From Ginkgo biloba (taxonomy: Eukaryota > Plantae > Ginkgophyta): a stretch of 36,433 nt of DNA. The position numbers and the translations under genes were made by a program. Where the stretch lies: contig JANKJI020000004.1 of NCBI GenBank assembly GCA_024626585.2, positions 47,501,889-47,538,321 on the forward strand. The letters are read 5' to 3'. This document shows positions 33,349-36,433 of the stretch, piece by piece; within the stretch, counting starts at the first letter, position 1, and each line of letters starts with the position of its first letter. The notes beneath the pieces are model-generated. The model was given only the letters and a program-made list of their open reading frames with translations, was not told where the DNA came from and did not search any database.

Positions 33349-36300
33349 TTGATTATTACTCAATTAAAATGCATGAAATTGGGTTTATTAATAATAACAC
33401 TTATAGTAACATTTATCAAATAAATCAATTGACACTAAAAAAAATTACTTTAGTACCCATATCTAATCCATAATCTCTTGAATAAGAAATTTTAAAGAGG
33501 AAATGATTAACCTAAGATTAAAGTAAGAAACAAAATTATATCAAACAACCAATGAGTCCCTTAAATATTTGTTATAGGTTTTGATTTAAAACATTAAATG
33601 ATGAAATGGGAACATAATAAATCATAAATTATACGTAAGAAATTTTATTAATTTAAGTCATCTATTTAATTTATGCTAGATAGATGTAAATTTTATTAGT
33701 ATTGAAATTTAATTTAATTTTAGTTTTTGGTATATGTACCAACTCAAACATAACATAATCAATAAAAATAAATTGACATGAAATATAGATCAACACTTAC
33801 ACAAAAATGATGCCTTCATGTTATTTTAAACATAATTTTATAACCCATACCTTCCAACTATTATGTTGTTATGTTAATAATTTCATATATTCTTNNNNNN
33901 NNNNNNNNNNNNNNNNNNNNNNNNNNNNNNNNNNNNNNNNNNNNNNNNNNNNNNNNNNNNNNNNNNNNNNNNNNNATTACTAATGAAACTAGGATTTAAG
34001 ATTAACAAATATAATTTTATTTAATTATTCTTCTTAACCATAAATATTATAGTTACTCATATTTAAAAAATATGGGTGCTTATTACTTAAGATATGAGTC
34101 ACCTTAACTACTACTAATGAGGTATCCCAGTCAATAATTTTGAGGATAGTCATCATCATGGGAAACTTGTGTTGGTGACCGATGTATAATGGTGTCTGAC
34201 ATATATCAATGAAATCCTTAAGGGGATGATAATAGACACTATCTATAGGAGGCATAAAGATATTGACATATGTCAAGAAGTATTGAGAGGAAGTTTGACA
34301 AGTGTCATCATGAGGATGATAACTGACATGCATCGGTAGAGAAAAAAGAAAAGGATGAATGACACTTATAAGATTATGAGGAGACTAACATCATTAGATG
34401 AGGAAATTNNNNNNNNNNNNNNNNNNNNNNNNNNNNNNNNNNNNTGGATGGCTCATGGAAGAGGAAGATGTCATTGAGGAGAAATAATAGGTGGCCATGT
34501 CAACTACCAAATTAAATGGAAATGCATGTATCAGGGAAATCATGTGGGAGAAATTAGGATCAATAAATGACTCACTTAATAGGTGATCAGAGAAGGAAGT
34601 ATAGGATGAAGGAAGGATGCATAAGAAGTTCATTACAATATCTAATGGAAAAGTCNNNNNNNNNNNNNNNNNNNNNNNNNNNNNNNNNNNNNNNNNNNNN
34701 NNNNNNNNNNNNNNNNNNNNNNNNNNNNNNNNNNNNNNNNGAGGTGAATAAGGGGTTGGTTACATAGTCAAAGTTTGTAGAGAAAAAATGATATATGGTT
34801 GTGTAATTACACTGCTAGGAAATATAAGAATCAGGGAGTTGTAGAGTTAAAGATTAAATGACTAATTCTAGATCTAGCAAAGGTATAGAAGTCATTGAAC
34901 TATCCCTAGGCAAGTGTGGATCCTTCATTATTGGATTTAGAAGGACTCAAATAACTATGGTTAGCAATGCCAATGAGGGTNNNNNNNNNNNNNNNNNNNN
35001 NNNNNNNNACGGGCATGGTAATCCTAGTGGGTTAAAGAATTGAGGTAGAGGAGTAAGCAATTAAGGGGATTTTTTTATTATAAAAAATCTATCACAAGGT
35101 TTACCTTGCCCACAATTATTATATCACTCCTATTAGTGGGGTTGTAAGCCATGAAGGCATTCTGATGGGAAGATTGCATATACTAATCTATTATTGTTAA
35201 TGAGTACCTAGAGTTTTATTCCTNNNNNNNNNNNNNNNNNNNNNNNNNNNNNNNNNNNNNNNNNNNNNNNNNNNNNNNNNNNNNNNNNNNNNNNNNNNNN
35301 NNNNNNNNNNNNNNNNNNNNNNNAGGTTTGGGTAATTTATTTATGCAAGCTATAGGATGATGCCATATGGGGACATCTCACGATGTCTTCCCCCATAGTC
35401 GTTGGGAACATTGAAAGTGCACTTGGTGAATAATGTAGGACCTATGGTCACGAGATCATGCAACTTGGTAGGATATCATGATGTCCCCCCCATGACAAGT
35501 TTAATTCTTTTAAGAAATTGTAAAAAGTGTCATGAGGCCTAGAGCACCTAAGATTATGCCATGTGGTACAATATCAAGTGCTCCTAGAATCATAGGTAGT
35601 AAAATNNNNNNNNNNNNNNNNNNNNNNNNNNNNNNNNNNGTTAGTTCCATAGATTATGAGATCTCATCACATGGTAGGAAAATAGGTATCCATAGAAGAA
35701 CAAGTGAATGGAACCAAAGGAGAGACTAAGAGGGATGCAATTTTGATAGCTTTTATGATTATGCCACATGGCTCAATTGTGCACACTCTTAAGCACTCAA
35801 GACTATCAATACATGGTTAGGATTTGTCACCAATTTAAAATTATCTTAATCACCTTTCCCAAGGTTCCAAGGATTTGACTTATTCCACACAAAATTGCAC
35901 CCTGGTACTTTTCTTCTCTCTTAGCAATCCTCAACAACCCTTATTTAATTTGATAGTATAATGATCTCCCACACAATTCTTCTAACCAAAATTTTTCTCC
36001 TTAATTGGCTTGCATTTTGTAGAAGATCTTCAAATGGCTACCATGGGTTCTTAAAATAAATGACCTATTGCATCGATGACTAGATTAGGTGAGTTTTAAT
36101 GCAAGTAACATTTTTTTATCATCAATGCTCCCAATGGATTTCTATGACCTNNNNNNNNNNNNNNNNNNNNNNNNNNNNNNNNNNNNNNNNNNNNGGCATA
36201 TTTAATGATGCTACCCACCAACAATGTCCCCCTTCATGAGTTTCTCATTCAAAATTGTTAATCCATGAACCTAAGATAAATCATTCAACTTATTTGCATG

Positions 36301-36433
36301 GGCACCACATGAATTTTCCTATCATTGTCAATTTTCGCTTTGTCCGACAATAAGATTTCTTCACACAAGCCTATGTTTGTTCATGGATGTCAATTTTTGT
36401 TTATGAGGTCTTGTCCTTGGTTCATCCTATTAA

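Noticed and set aside
1561-35729. ORF-track entries containing runs of X
   Set aside because: They are open only because they cross N gaps, so they are not evidence of genes.

Overview
A heavily gapped window of plant nuclear DNA, with many gaps of about 100 N. It is most likely a gymnosperm, inferred from the non-angiosperm N-terminus and the dense unedited C-to-U sites of the mitochondrial genes it carries. No intact gene is present. Every coding remnant is decayed by C>T and G>A transitions, typical of methylated CG/CHG DNA. Recognisable parts are: fragments of a Ty3/gypsy accessory ORF in at least two copies (1.7-6.0 kb); an L1-clade LINE reverse transcriptase (6.4-7.4 kb); a mitochondrial insertion (NUMT) with full-length unedited rpl5-rps14 pseudogenes (7.5-8.8 kb, minus strand, missed by the ORF track); three pieces of one LTR family, including a non-autonomous copy with PBS and PPT about 240 bp apart and a copy with LTR-PBS-gag; and a receptor-like-kinase C-terminal fragment. 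The most interesting part is an approximately 10 kb block (11455-21808) that looks ORF-free but reads as near-continuous, intronless protein once stops are reverted to CGA/CAG/CAA. It has a long plus-strand unit and a minus-strand unit that appear to meet tail-to-tail near 19.0 kb. They share short peptide motifs, match no family I recognise, and end in a CpG-rich segment with a C-run tandem array. I read it as a candidate fossil of an unclassified organellar mobile element, plasmid or virus. This comes from manual translation only, frame choice is ambiguous in places, and contiguity across gaps is not guaranteed.
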